A stretch of DNA of 64,000 nucleotides from Oculina patagonica (GCF_052425735.1 NC_135766.1:9362001-9426000), one strand, 5' to 3'; shown: positions 48,540 through 62,451, numbered from the stretch's first letter. Program-made: numbers and translations. The notes: a model not told the origin generated them from the letters alone.

Positions 48540-50925
48540 AAGATAGCCCGGGTTTACAAGCAAAATTCGCAGGTAGGGTAACCCTACTTACCCGGGTCAA
48601 CTTACACCGGTTACGCTTCAGTTAACCTTGTAAAATTTTGTCGTTAGAAGCTGTTATTCGAAAATAATTCCGTTCCAGTGCAAAAATACGACAAATTGTA
48701 AATGAACACGATGTTTCTTGGTCACAATTCGCTGTTTTTGTCGGTATTTTTAAACATATTTAGCTTCTTGGAGCCAAAATAAAGTTGTCCCGTGTAGGCG
48801 AGTTATCCCTAGCAGAGCGTTTACAAGGCGCTAGGGTTACCCTAGCACCTAGGATAACCCTAGCACTCAGCTAGGGTTACCCTAGGTGCTAGGGTAACCC
48901 TAGCGCCTTGTAAACACGTCGATGAAAATAAGAAGAAATGTGGGAGCGCTAGGGTAACCCTCCTGCTAGGGTAACCCTAGCACCTAGGGTATTAATGACA
49001 TAATGGTCTCAATTTATAAAAATATATTTCGCACAATACAAATAAACGATTGAACTAGACGTCTAGAAGATATAAATTTGTAACACTTAGCAAAGTGCAG
49101 CCTTTTCGCAATACTTAATAAAGGCGGGGTTTTACCTGAAGACCAATTTTTCCAACGCTTTAGGTGGCTGACGCATTTCTCCTAATCAGGTAACTACTAT
49201 TGTCAAGAAAATGATCACAACTTTTTGACCAATGATTAGGTATTTATTTCATACCATTACTGTAATAGCAACTGGTGAAGAATAGTAGTACTGACCCAAA
49301 GTATAAGGGCTGGAAAACACTGAAAACCATTTCAGCCGCGTTTCAAGGATTCCAAAAAAGCTTTACTTATCCCATATATATTTGTTTTGCAGTATTTTGT
49401 TAATTTTTGGACGATTTTGGGGGATGTCTGGGAGGCGATAGTTTTTCTCAAAGGATTAGTAAAATTTAGACAAATAAGAAATATTGGAGATTTAATGTGA
49501 TTTTAAAATTTGAATTTGAAGTTAAAAATTGGTGGACGGACACCAAACAGTCTCTTGATAACCCGGAGTGCTCTTGCGAGGCTAGGGGGTCAACTGTTTG
49601 GAGGTGTTTCCATTCTTTTCTTCAATCCCTTCTTTAAATCTCTTAAAGTTCCATTCAAATTCAGGTAGAACCCCACCTTAAGTTTTGTTCTTGTGAGAAA
49701 ACAACAGAAGTCAAAGGTTGCGTGATATAACCAACCATGGATTTTAATTCTCCCTCCCTTTCCATCTCCTTAGTCTTTCACCCCCACCTGTCCCTCCCTT
49801 TCTACTCTCATTCAATTTAATGTTTGTTTACATTTCCTAACCAATTCAGTATCGTACTAATCTGTGCCAAGCAACCAGATAATAACAGAAATTTGCCTTA
49901 ATTTTGATCTCCCATACCAAGACCTTAGAGTATAAACCGCTAATAAAACAAAACATACTTGATAATAATTTTCTGAGGTTATACACCTTGCAGTATTAAC
50001 GTACTAACGAACTTGATAACAAACCCCATGTCGTACTAAGGATTTTTACTGATCAACATAGAAAATAAGTTCACAATGGTTTGTTCCCAAAACGTTTTTT
50101 ACTGTACAGAGGGTCTGTATATTCACCTGTAACTTGTATACCGTATTGAAAAATTCAGAACGAACCGACTTCTGCCCGCTACCATGATATCATGTTGAAA
50201 AATTAGCTCGTTCGAAACCGTAGTAAAATCGTTAGAGACAGACAAGATACAGCCGTTTACTGAATTTCGTCAAAATGAGCCAAAATAAAGTTTTAAAATT
50301 TCCTTTATCAATATGGTTCTTATCTTTTTATTCAATTCTATGAACTGCTTTTATGCAGTACTGTCCACAAAGATTTCAATTTCCTCAAAGTTTCGGGACA
50401 AATGGATACAAAATATTTCGTGCAGAATGTAATTTGATTCAGCGAATGTTTTCGCGTCTATAAATACTCCAAGCAGTGAATGGAAAACCGTTTTGTTTTA
50501 ATCGATGAGTACCACTTTCAAATAGTTATAATCCATAAAAAATAACAATCATATCAGAATACAATAATTATTAATGCAAGGTCTCGCTATTATGTCTCGG
50601 CAGAGATACTTCTTTTTGCAAGTTCCAATGTATGCAAATTTCGTGTGAAATGTAATTCGATTCCATTGTCTTGTTTACAAACTCTTTCTTAAGAAAGTTG
50701 TATTTTCGTGAATAAAACCCATTGGCCTGTTTTGTTTTCCTGATCATGTTTGTCTGTGATTTTTACAAAACATGTGGTCTTTTTTTTTCGGAACTTTAAG
50801 TTGTACAAAAATTCCTATTTTGAACACAAATGTCACTTCCGGAATTTCTCATCTAAAATTCAATTGGTATTTAATTATAATTATTCGAAGTTTTCATTTT
50901 CGAGTCATCTTTTCATTCGATAGCA

Positions 50926-51108
50926 TACACCTTATTCCAAAATGGCGGCAAATACATTAATCTTTTGCCTATATGTTAATTAGCCCTTATTGCCTCGTTT
51001 TAAGCCAATGATTCTTTTGAATTCTGCAGATACGATCGAGGCAACGAGAGCCAATTAACATGAAGACAAAAGAATAATGTATTGTCCGCCATTTTGGAAT
51101 AAGGTGTA
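50926..51108. mobile_element. TA-flanked hairpin MITE
   Basis: TACACCTTATTCCAAAATGGCGG ... CCGCCATTTTGGAATAAGGTGTA. Confidence 0.85.
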
Positions 51109-52193
51109 TTACTGATCTCGTAAAAAATTCCATTCAAGTTCACACCAATACTGTACATTGCCAATGTTTTGCTGACGTCTTGAGAAGTGTCTTACTAACG
51201 TCACTAGTCAAATCTAAAATATATCCAAACCAAGTTGTGCAAACATTCTACTCTTTGTGACAGGCGACTTTGACGCCCAACTGTGCGGAAATGAAAATCG
51301 ACATACTTCTTGCTAAATATATAAAAAATAGTTTTAAAGTGGAGTCCGCCTCCAAAAAAATGTACCGCCAGATCACACTGCTATTTGTAGAAACCAGCAA
51401 AGCGTCTAGTTTCAAAGTTTCCCACAAAACATTGCGTGACATGAATGACGTTACCCCTTTTATTTACAAAAATAGCTTCAACTTGTCAAAGCAACTACAG
51501 TTTCACAATGGTGATTATTAGTACTTTACCCGTTAAGCTTTTTTCTCTGTTCTCTCGCCGAAGCAAAGAAGAGAACCAGATTGCAGATTAGCCCAAAAGT
51601 CGACCCAGTGTTCCTACAACGATTTACTGTCAAAACTGAAATGAAACCGATTGGCCCAGGCTATCCCCGTCATTTTTAGCCGACAGAAGACTATCGTCTA
51701 GGACGACCAAAGGGTAAACTATAAATCGGCCACGCCCGATTAATAACGGACGTAGGTAACAGTATATAGGGGAATATTACATGAAAATATTGGAACGATA
51801 AGCGGAAGTCAGAAAGGACACAATAATAAGTTTAACATAAAAATGGCTTGAGGACAGTCCAAAATGATGTAAATACAAATAAAATATTAAAAGAAACTCA
51901 GTCAGTGTTCGTCACGTCGGTTCAAACCGTCAGGACAAAGAGTTCTCTATCTGTCTATGAAGTAAACTTCTCTGGCTTTTCGGCGGGCTGAAATTTAAGA
52001 TGGCTGTAACGCAAGGGGAATGAGGAGTATTTGTGCAAGCGAGTAATCTGGTGAGTTGAAATGAACGGGGACAGCTGATGCGCGAGGCTACACGTCGTTA
52101 TATTAGCACTGTGCAAGAAATACCAACGTGAGAGCTTTTAAGTGAGAGCTCGTTCTCCTAAAACATAAGCTAAATAATTATTGAACTTCCGTT

Positions 52194-52196
<3 letters not shown>

Positions 52197-52232
<36 letters not shown>
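52197..52232. repeat. (AC)n microsatellite
   Basis: About 18 units. Confidence 0.95.
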
Positions 52233-52237
<5 letters not shown>

Positions 52238-52819
52238 TTAAACAACAGGACGAATGAACATTGTTGATTTTTTCCAGTTTTTTTTTTTTTCCAAAACAAA
52301 TTTGTACATTTTTTTTAATTTTACTTTGATATTGTATAATTTGCTCTATTTTCTGACGTTTTAAGAAAATGATGAATTCCAAGATGGCGGCTGTAATGCC
52401 GTCACAGCCAACAAAAATTATGAAGTCTTATAGAGTTAGCTAACAGCTTTCTTCTCAGTGCAAAAGAATCTGACTGTGCATTAATAAAACGAAAATCGTT
52501 AGGGGGGTCGACTAAAGGGCTAAAAGATAATTAGAAAAACCCCGATATAACAAAGATGTTGGTGGTTGTCCACAGAGATTCATTTTAACGGGCTTTGGTT
52601 TATAACAAAACACTGACAAAACCTTTTTCTAACGAACACATTTCCCAGTCAAAAATATAAATTTAACCGTTCCACCGTCTGTTGTCCGCTCCTGGTATTC
52701 CAGTTCCAGAGTTTACAGAACCCAGACCATGACTCAGCAGATGCAAAATAGTGTGCTTGCGTGACAGAGAATGTGTTGACTGGTACACGTTTGTACAACG
52801 CGTACTAGCATTTGTAAGC

Positions 52820-54872
52820 ATGCAGATATCCGCATATGCTGGCATCACTGCAGTTGCATTTGTTGTCATTTATCTCCTCGCAAAGAAATTACAAGGAAAA
52901 AGCAACAAGAGACACACCAAGCCTGGTACAGTCGTCCTACATCAGTCCTGGTACAGTCGTCCCCTCAAAATTATCGGTGAGCGGTTCTCCACCTTGTATC
53001 AAGTTGGAAACTTTCCTTCGGATGACAAAGATACCGTACGAAAATGACTATAGTTTCAAGTTTTCCAAGAAGGAAAGAAGCCTTGGATCGAGTTTAACGG
53101 GCAAGAAATCGCCGACTCAAATTTCTGTATTAAGTTTCTTAAGAAAGAATTCCAAGTGGATATCGATTCTCATTTGAGCACCATAGAAAAAGCCATTGCT
53201 CGCAGCATTCGTACAATGTTGGAGGAAAATACTTATTGGTGAGTATGGCGTTTAGGGTTTTGTTGTAGGTAACATTCAAGGGCCCGGGGGCATCCTCTCA
53301 AGAAAATGTTGAAAATTTAAAATGTAATGCCAATGTAACACATGTTGTAAGACTTATAAAACAAACGTTTACGCTATGCACTTTCATGTTATCTTGAGTC
53401 ACCTTTTTGACGTTGTATCAGTCTTCTTAAAGAGGTCCTAGTAAACCTCCACCCTTATCTACAGCCCTGTGTTATGCTCGGTTTTGTGCAGGTTTAGAAA
53501 CTGCCTGACAATGTTTACTTTGGTCTGATTGTTTCGTATTTGATAATCAGCCGAAAGAGGCTCACTTTGACACCCTCTTTGATTCGCATATGTTAATGAA
53601 TCGAAATGAACCCATGCCTCAAAAAGCACACTAACAACGAGGAAATGGTGCCCAGCATGCCATGCATGGTGCATTTCATTTCGCCAGCAGGCTCTCTGCG
53701 TGAAATAAATGCGTGACTTTATTTCGTGACTGTAGTGTCATTCACAGGAACCTCAAAATTGGATCATATGTCCGATTGAGTAAATATTGCGTGTCGTAGC
53801 TTATCAGTGTTGCTTTTGAGAGTAAATTCTGCGAGAATTCGGCATGTTGCAGTGCAAGGGGTTTTGGTATAAGGTAACGGAAAACGCGAGTGAAGAAAAT
53901 CACAGAAATTTTTGCAGCAGGAATTTTTAACAAGTTTTAACTTGTTAAAACAATTAAAAAATTAAAATTGTTTTTTTTAATGATTTAAAAATCACGACTA
54001 AAAAAAGATCGACTGATTGCACAATGGCTCATGGCGTTCTGTTTGACCATTGAGCTATTTTAAATGTTGAACAAACATAGCTGTAGTTCTTCGAACACAA
54101 TGAAGAAGCGTCATATTGAGAGAGTGAACTGTATTACATCACGGGATAGTTCCATGGAAAACGCATAATTATCTCGTCATGTGTGTCTTTGAATGAGAAA
54201 GTTTTTAGCAGGTGAAAAACAAGTGAGCTAATAAATTATGTTCAGATAATGGCCACCTAACGTAACGCAATGCATATGGCGCACCACTTACCGTTTCGAG
54301 AGTTTATCACGCAAAAGCTATGCAAATAGAGTTCAGTGACCTTCTGTTGTATTTTAGACTGAGCATGCACAATGCGTAAAGGGTGCCTCTTCTAGGACTT
54401 ATACTTTTCAACAACTTTTCTGTTTTTATCCTACAGGGCCCTTGTGTACTACCGCTTTTTCTCTGACTATGCCGGGCACGTGCGAGGGACGCTGTTCGGT
54501 CATCTTATCTTGCCACTCAGATATCTAATATTCTACATGGTAAAAAGAAAGGTCAGGGGTGATCTGTGGTCGCACGGTATCGGTATCGGTCGACACTCGG
54601 AACAAGATCTGTATGGGATAGCTGAGAGAGATTTGCTAGCGGTATCGGCAATATTGGGCCAGAAAAAATTCCTGTTTGGAGAAAAGCCTTGCCTTGCTGA
54701 CACTGCAGTTTTCGCCTTCATCGCTGCATCAACGTGGGACTGTCCACAAAGTCCTTTTGCTAAACTCACCAAGTCTAGAGCAAAGAATCTTGAGAAGCTT
54801 GCTCAGAGAATGAAGGAGATGTATTATCCAGACTGGAATGATAAAATTTCAAAGAAACATAAATCTGATTAA
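52820..54872 (+). pseudogene. FAXC/metaxin-like GST gene, copy B; exons 52820-53238 and 54437-54872; exon 1 frameshifted
   Basis: N-terminal TM, VVLHQ / SPPCIKLETFLRMTKIPY..FSKK / KKPWIEFNGQEIADSNFCIKFL..MLEENTYW | ALVYYRF...RMKEMYYPDW; two frameshifts (about 52946 and about 53072). Confidence 0.88.
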
Positions 54873-55546
54873 AGAAACAAGATTCCGTCTGCATGCTATA
54901 GGTTCATGATTGATACACTCCGCTGCTAAAAACTAGTTTATTACTGTATTCAAATTTTAATTTTATTCTTGAGCAATTCTGTGAATATCCTCTTCTGATT
55001 GTCTCATATACAGGGTTTGAATTCAACAAACAATCTAACAAACAGCTTTAGTCCCGGGTCTTGTGTATAGCCAACGCCGGATGACAGGGGTAACATAATT
55101 TGAAAAGGTTAAAAAATGTAATCATCAACTTTACATTATGATTAGTAGTTCTGTCTTTGAAAGTTTTGAAAAGGTTAAAAAATGTAATCATCAACTTTAC
55201 ATGTTATGCGTCATTACCAGTGCTCCAACATGCAGTAACCAAGGGTTATGTATGATTTATAAAGGCACTACCACACCGCATGCACAGCTTTTTTTTTCTT
55301 TTAGCTTTAAAAGCCTCATCAAAAAAATAACGAAAAAACTTAATTACCAAACGATGCTCCTAGTCGTGGTCACAACGCTGACAACGCCAATTAAGTGAAG
55401 GCTGGCCGCAGTGGACTGGTTAAATAAAAGCCCGACACACTGAGCTACTTACGATATAATTCCCTCTAGACATGCGAAAGGATGGAAATGTTCCACAGAT
55501 TACAGCATTAGTTGCCACCGTCTATTTATGGCTACAAAAAAAAAAC

Positions 55547-58290
55547 CGGTGAGGGTAAAAGGCGGAATGAGTTTGCGGAATGGCATGTGGCATGACTTGC
55601 GGAATGGCATAATTATGCGGAATGTAATTTTCGCGGAATGACTCTTTGACATAAATTATACTAAACAAGAACATCGAGAAGCTTGAGAAGCTTAAAATCG
55701 GGCGCTTTGCCTTGAAAGGCAGGGTTCAGTACAGCAGAAACCACGAAGCAGTTACTTACTTACGCAACTAAAAGAAGATGCATTTAACGGAAGGGAAAAC
55801 GTGGATATCAATTTCGACAGTAACACGCGAGGGTGGCAGATGGTCAATTGCAACTGAATTGAGACTTAATCAGCTTATGGAGCTAGAGCAAGACACTCTT
55901 GACTCCCCTTCTTATCATCAATTACAGAAAGTTTATTTTTAAGTAATAATACCTCTCAAAACTACTCCGATTATGTTTCGAAAGCGAGACGCAGCTGAAC
56001 TAAGGAGGGACCGGAAATACATCTTAATTACGTAGTTAACTTAACAGGCCATGAGATTTAGTGTCCCTGTCTTCAAAGTCGTTCAAGGATAAAGTTTACA
56101 GGGGGCAATAATTGGAGAAACGTTTACATTAATCGTTAATTTACCATCGCATTATTTGCGCTAAAAATAAAAATTAAAGATGAGAGTCATGAAATTGACA
56201 TTCTCCGTTCTTTCATTCATTACATACAACTTCTCTTCGCGACCACCTAAACTTGGCGGTAATTGCGTGGAAGTGTAGCAGCATAATTTTAGAATGACTA
56301 AAAAAGGACGGATTCTTGATGCCATTTCCTCTGGTTATGAATATTGCAGTGTATCTATGAGAAACAACGAACATTATCTGAATGGGAAGTTTTTATTGTT
56401 CGATTAAGCGCGTACAATACGGAACTCCCATGTGCGGTGTTGCGCAACTAACAATTATCACTGGATCGCATTTGCTGTACGAAGTCAAAGTGAAAGAACT
56501 TAGCTTTATAATAAATAAAAGCAGCAAAATATTGCTTTTGATATCTGGCAACGGTAAATGTAAGGTACAGTCCACTTCAAACCAAGTGATGTTGAAGGTC
56601 GACAGCACGTGAAATAAGCAGGGTCAGAACCTTCAGTGCGCTACAAGTATCTTCCGGTTACGCCTGCCGCCGTATTATCTTCCGCATAATTCCCCGCGGA
56701 TTAATAGCCGATGATGGGTTTACTAATTGCTTTTAAAGTGGGCGCTTTTTTGAGCTTAGGGTGAAACCGTTCGAAATAAGAAATTCAGTTTGGTTAGAAC
56801 GTGTAATCGTGAAGGAATTAGCCAGCTAGATATTTGACGTCCTCTCTAATCATGCTTTAACTGATCTCTTTGCTCGCGACTCGCCCCTCCACCGACTCGT
56901 CAAATGCCTGACACGGGATTTCTATTAAAATTGTGTGAAAACAGACGGTGGTTTTTACACATATAATGATCGTTAAGTGTTGGATTTAACCTTCTGTCGT
57001 TTCAGCGAGCGTAAGCAAATATGTTTCGTGACTTCGGAAAGGAACGGCGACCATTCAGGCACCGTGAAACAGGGCTGCTCCGCCCCCCTTCCCCCCCCCC
57101 CCCCCCTCTCGGGAAACAGATGTACACTTCCTTCTTCGCATGGCGTGCATTCAGACACAAAAGCCTTCGTTTATTCTGCGCTCTCTTTTAATCCCTGGAG
57201 GTCTGCCCCTGACTCGTCTCCAGTCGTCTCTTATGCGAAAATTGCAAGACGCGAAGGATGATTTCCTTTGTGTACAACTGTTGACTCAAGATGGACTCAA
57301 AAGACGAATGGGGACGAGTTAAGAGTCTGCTCCTCACGGAATGCCATAAAACCTACCTCGAGCAAGAGTTTGGTTTCGATGCCAGTGAGATTTGATTTGA
57401 TTGGACTGGGACACCGGACAGCTTTAAGTATCCGTTTCCGCTCTGAGCCTCTTTCTTCTGGCACTGACGATCTATTTCGCGTTTCTTGATTATATTGTTG
57501 AGTTTCTCATCTGTGCTCACCACGTTTGAAATGTTTTTTTTTTCTTGAAACGTTTCTTTACCTAAGTTTCCACACCACTTTTAGTGACGATGTTATTCGT
57601 TCATTACTCCCCACACGATTACCTCTAGCTGGACGTCTCTGTTTTTAACATCTGAATGCAACGGCTAACAGGATGTTTTTGAAGAAATAGTGGCAAACAC
57701 GGTATTGCTCTGTTTTCATAAAGCTTTGCGTTTCTAAGATATGACGTTTGGCATATATAAAAATTTACAAGAACATGTTAGTTGTGTTTACGAGAGCGGT
57801 ATTAAACAATTATGCCAGGCCTTTGAGCATTTTTTACATCTTATTGCAAACTTGTTACTGTTTTAACTATGTATTTAAAAAAATCATTTCTAACGACACC
57901 AAACATCGAAAACAAATTTCTAAGCTCCAATATACCCACTGAATCGCTCAAAGAACGAATTTTTCCAGTGATCTTTCAAATTCATTTTCTCAAGCTCTGA
58001 TAAAAAAAATGTCTTTGGTGTTATTCACAGATTATTCTGGTACTCGATTAATATTAACATTAACATTAGTTAATATAAGTCGATGGTAAGCATGGTGATA
58101 ATAACGCCTTGCTGGGGGTATGCAAAGGTTCTGGAAGGTATTCCGGGTTTTCCGGAAGGTGTTCCGGGGTGTTCCTGGTTTTCTAGAAGGTGTTCCGGGG
58201 TGTTCCGGGTTTTTCATACCGTTCCGGGTGTTCCGGTGTGCCGTGTTCCGGTGTTCCGATGTTCCGGTGTTCCTGGAATTACCACATGCC
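55547..58290. mobile_element. Probable non-autonomous DNA element(s) with CGG...CCG ends and subterminal repeats
   Basis: Left: CGGTGAGGGTAAAA plus GCGGAAT repeats (55561-55640). Right: GTGTTCCGG array (58140-58275) plus TTACCACATGCCG abutting the truncated FAXC exon. No TSD seen, so the two ends may not belong together. Confidence 0.4.
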
Positions 58291-58512
58291 GAAATTTTTG
58301 GCCGCAAGAAATTTCTGTTTGACGAGAAGCCTTGTCTAGCTGACGTTTCACTGTTTGCTTTCATCACTGCATCTGCCTGGGATTGTCCAGAAAGTCCATT
58401 TGATGAACTCATAAAGTCCAAAGCTAAAAATCGTAATGAGCACGCTCGCAGAATGAAGGAACTCTATTACCCAGACTGGGATAAACTTATTTCAAAGAAA
58501 TATACATCTTGA
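58290..58512 (+). pseudogene. FAXC-like 3' fragment
   Basis: EIFGRKKFLFDEKPCLADVSLFAFITASAWDCPESPF...YYPDW; 5' end replaced by a repeat array. Confidence 0.85.
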
Positions 58513-58649
58513 TACCGTGATTGAGGTCTTTTTACTCATGCTTTGATACAACAGATGCAAATTATTTATTTAGTTTATTTGATCCTCTATCTAATGATAA
58601 ACTGATTTAAAGATATTTATATATTTATTATGTACAGAGGTGATATTAA

Positions 58650-59265
58650 CCCTCATCCTACCAGGTGGGGTCCAATTCGACCCCTAGTGGTAATAAACAT
58701 TCATCAAAGCTTGTATGTCTGCACAATGTTTTCCAGATTTCATGAATTTGTCTCTTTTTGTCAGTTGCTTTAATTGCAAATGTTGTTTTTATATCACATG
58801 TGGATATGGAAATGTGGGGCTCATTTTTCTGTTGGGGTCCAAATCGAACCCACCATCAAAAATAATAGCAACGACAGTGACAACAAAAAATAAAACTAAC
58901 AAACAAAACCCAATAAGCATCGATACATATTCGTCTATGCATCTTGTTCTTCAGTTGATATTTAAAAAGTCCATAGTCACTAACATACTGAATCTGCGAT
59001 GGGGTCCATACGGACCCCAGCAGGCATGATATGTTAAAATTTGAAATCACCTAGGAAGTGTTTGTTACTTAACATATTCCTTTAATTGCGAGGAGCAAGG
59101 TTGATATTTGCATTCCTAGTGTTATTTTTATTGTTATTATTATTTAACATAAATTTTTGAAAGATTATAAATTATTGTACAGTTTGTTAAGCTACTTTTG
59201 TTATGGGGTCTGTTTTGACCCCTGTTGGTATGATTTGTATGCAAATTAAGTTGGTAGCATGAGGG
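58650..59265. mobile_element. piggyBac-type MITE
   Basis: TTAA-CCCTCATCCTACC ... GGTAGCATGAGGG-TTAA; absent at the paralogous site (about 10595). Confidence 0.88.
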
Positions 59266-60856
59266 TTAAACATTAAAAAAAAAAAAAAACATATGACGTT
59301 TGTCTCTTCCATTACTTTTATTTACGAGCTTTCCTTTAAATGATTTGAAATACAGTAGGCCCCACCTTAATATTAAGCATATACTGTATTTTGTATCAGG
59401 TTCAACTGCCTCCACGATGTAAAACATCGCACGCATACAAACCGGGAATGGGCTTACATACCAAAAGGTATAATTTTAGGCTACAAGTGAGTCCCCAAAG
59501 CCCATTCCCGATGGTCCCGGGCTCAAACCTTAAACCCTGCCACCTGCTGGATTTGTTCTCGGTCGTCCCAAGTTCAAATCCTCGGTCACGCGTCTTATAT
59601 AGCCAACTATTCTGCCTCCTGCTACAAAGGGTTATTAAGAGATATATAGGTACCCTTCACATTGGGGGATATATTTTCTGTTTGTTTTTTAGTTAGTTTC
59701 CTTGCCCAGTTTTAGGTAATAAAGTCGAAAGGTCCTGTAAAATACGCCATACATATGCAAGTCATACATGACTTGCCACTGCAGATTGGTAAACTATGAA
59801 TACTGTAGTGTGTCATAACAGAAGCGGAATTTTAAAAGAGCGCTTTTAGAAAGAGGTAGAATGCATTAAATTAAAATTTGCGCATTTAAACCACCATAAC
59901 TTGCTGGCAAATTTTAAATTTAAAAATCCGCTTCTGGTATGACACTCTAGAGATATTGACTGATTAGTTTTTGACAAGATCACTGTGTGCTGACTCATAC
60001 TCGTGCCGCAAACTCTGCCACAAAATCATGTTCTTCCCAATTTGGCACTAACGAGGCTGCTACACCGCCATTAAGTGCAATCTACCAAATAAAAGATGAC
60101 ATACATAATATTTCATCATCTCTTCATGTCTCTGTAAAATTTGAGCTTAATCGCACCCATAACAGCCGAGAAATAAGCGTTTTAAAAGATGCAGGTCAAG
60201 CAAAAATTCGCTTCATGAATTTATTCATGTTGTAGGTATTCCCCGTGACCTTAATTCTACATTAATAGTAATCTACAGAGCAAATAGGAATGCGATTAAA
60301 CTATAAGCTTACTGTAAATTCGGAATAAAAAGTTATTTTGTTTGCATCTTGGCACGAAAATCATTACCTGACCATGTTTAACGCCACCGAGCAGCAGCCC
60401 GTAGCTGAATGAACGAAAGAATCAGAGTTGAACTCGTTTTATTTTTCGATTTTCCGTGAACAAAATTGATATTGATTAAGGTAATTAACACCGGTTTTAT
60501 TCACAGAAAAACGAAGAAAACTTACTTGAAGTTAGTTGACAGGAATTGTTCCTTCGTCGCTCTACAGAAGCGATCTTAATCTGCCACGAAAGTTTTGAGA
60601 CGACACTTAGCTTTACTTCGAATTCCATCGAGCGAATGGTGTGTTTGTTTTTCAAAAATGATACCGGGCATTCGGCCGCTTCGGTTCTTGATATTTGGTC
60701 CAGTACCTACATTTCCTGTTGGGAGTTTTTCCTTGTATCTTGATTTCTTCTCTTGAGATTTAAAGGATCTATAAACTACAACATTGGCACTAAGTAAATA
60801 AAATAAAATATGTGCGAACGGTTTAGTGTTTGTTTTTGGCCTCCGTGTCCCGTGAC

Positions 60857-61173
60857 TCAGCCAAGATAGAATACCTCCACCTCATCAGGTGTGAAGTAAG
60901 CTGTCCCAGCCAGGATTGTGAACTTGCTTTGTACTCCACTTGGAACAAAGTAGTAGTTACCATTACCGAAGTATGCCTGTGAATTAGTGTTACTGTTCGC
61001 ATTGTTTGCAATGTAGATGTCATGACCATTACCAAATGTTGGACCATAACCTGAGTGCCTGTAAATTGCATATTGTGATCTTTTTACCATGCTCTTAAAC
61101 GGTCCAAGACCTTCCTTGTTCCGAAAAGAGAATATGAAGGCATTGGAAGATGAACCATAACTGCTACTGGTAT
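60857..61173 (-). CDS. Terminal TLDc exon of a paralogous gene (copy B); upstream exons lie beyond the right edge
   Basis: DTSSSYGSSSNAFIFSF...YGPTFGNGHDIYI...FTPDEVEVFYLG*; same acceptor (ttattcAG) as copy A. Confidence 0.9.
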
Positions 61174-61636
61174 CTGAATAACAGGAAAATAAAAACAGAA
61201 ACATTTATTACGGAGAAAACGCAAACACATGAAAAGTTCCATTACACATCTACCTTGATTTATAAAAAGGTGGCTTTCGGGGTGTTAAGGAATGTATGGG
61301 GTTTCTTTTTTTTTAGGACAAGGAGAAATGTTCGGCTTTCTACCAATGAAATGTTGCCCTGTTTAATGTAGTGATTTCAATTTGAAATGTTTTCCTTTCT
61401 TCCTCTGTGTCCCCCCACCCCCTACTTTGATACAATGAATTTGTATAAAATAAATAAATATATTTATATCAATTAATGAATTAGTTAATTAATCAATCAA
61501 TCAAGTAATTATGTGTTACATAGACAATATGGAATGTGTATATAATAACATTTTTATAAAAAAAGCATATGAAATACCGAAATCAGATGATTATTAATTC
61601 GCTATTTACTTGTCCGACAAATTAAAACTAATTATA

Positions 61637-61763
61637 CAGGGACGGCGGAGCCGGGGGGGCTTTTACAGAAAAAAAAAAATTAATAAGAAAATGGTCCCTT
61701 AAGCACCCCCACTTAAAGTCACTAGTCAGCCCCCCCCAGTTGGAAACATGCTCCGCCGTCCAT
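61637..61763. mobile_element. Small MITE
   Basis: CAGGGACGGCGGAGC ... GCTCCGCCGTCCATG inverted ends; TSD unclear. Confidence 0.55.
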
Positions 61764-62451
61764 GTTATATCAAATGGATCAAAATGCACGGAAGGACAAT
61801 CTTTTATATCCTTTGTAACGGACCACGCCAGTTATTATTTGTACACCGAAGGCCTGGTTAAACTAGCAAACACTGTTACAGAATCTTGGTCTTGATCATG
61901 TTCCCTAGGTGGCTAAATAAGCGGGAAGCAAGGGAAATGTTTTGCTGTCCGGCTTGCTAAACAAAGAAACAACGTCCGGAAACACAGCGTCACGCATGTC
62001 CAGGGCATGTGCATTGCTTCCATGGTAGCTAAACTGGGCAACACATGTTACAGAAGCGTGATTTTTTTCTGTTTGTGACCTAAAACAAAAACAAAAGCTG
62101 ACTGTATGTCAAACTTGAAGCTATTTATTTCATCTTGCGGCCATGACACCTCGGTTGATGTCACAGTGTTAAGCCCAAATTAGGAGCTTTGAAGTTTGTA
62201 AAAAAAAAATGAGTAATCTAATAATGTGGAGCAATTTCACAAAACCTTTTCATAACACGCATATTTTAAATTTCTCATTTGATCTGCCTGTTTACTTTGT
62301 TTAAATTTTGGTCACTGTTACTCTCTTAGAGTTCTGGATGGGGTTAACTGGCCTGTAAATTAGCCAACATCTAACAGCTGATTAACACCTTTTTTTAAAC
62401 TGACAGTTGAAACAATTTGAAGAAAGTATTAAGTGAGAAAGCAGAATTTTG

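Larger units (their letters stand above)
46262..48990. mobile_element. Non-autonomous element with CTAGGGTAACCCTAG palindromic repeats; interrupted; right end truncated
   Basis: Begins GGGCCTGTTTACAAGCAGG; multiple TAGGGT(A/T)ACCCTA units at 46283-46312 and 48572-48990. Confidence 0.65.
54437..62450 (+). repeat. Segmental duplication, copy B
   Basis: For example 11225-11460 matches 59984-60240, and 12880-13300 matches 61783-62198. Confidence 0.9.

Noticed and set aside
48572-48990. CRISPR-like or telomere-like array (TAGGGT repeats)
   Set aside because: Short palindromic subterminal repeats of a TE; no regular spacers, no cas genes, not tandem TTAGGG; eukaryotic context.
58032-58421. ORFs with RNT/VFR/PG repeats
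   Set aside because: Translations of a GTGTTCCGG subterminal repeat array fused to a FAXC fragment.
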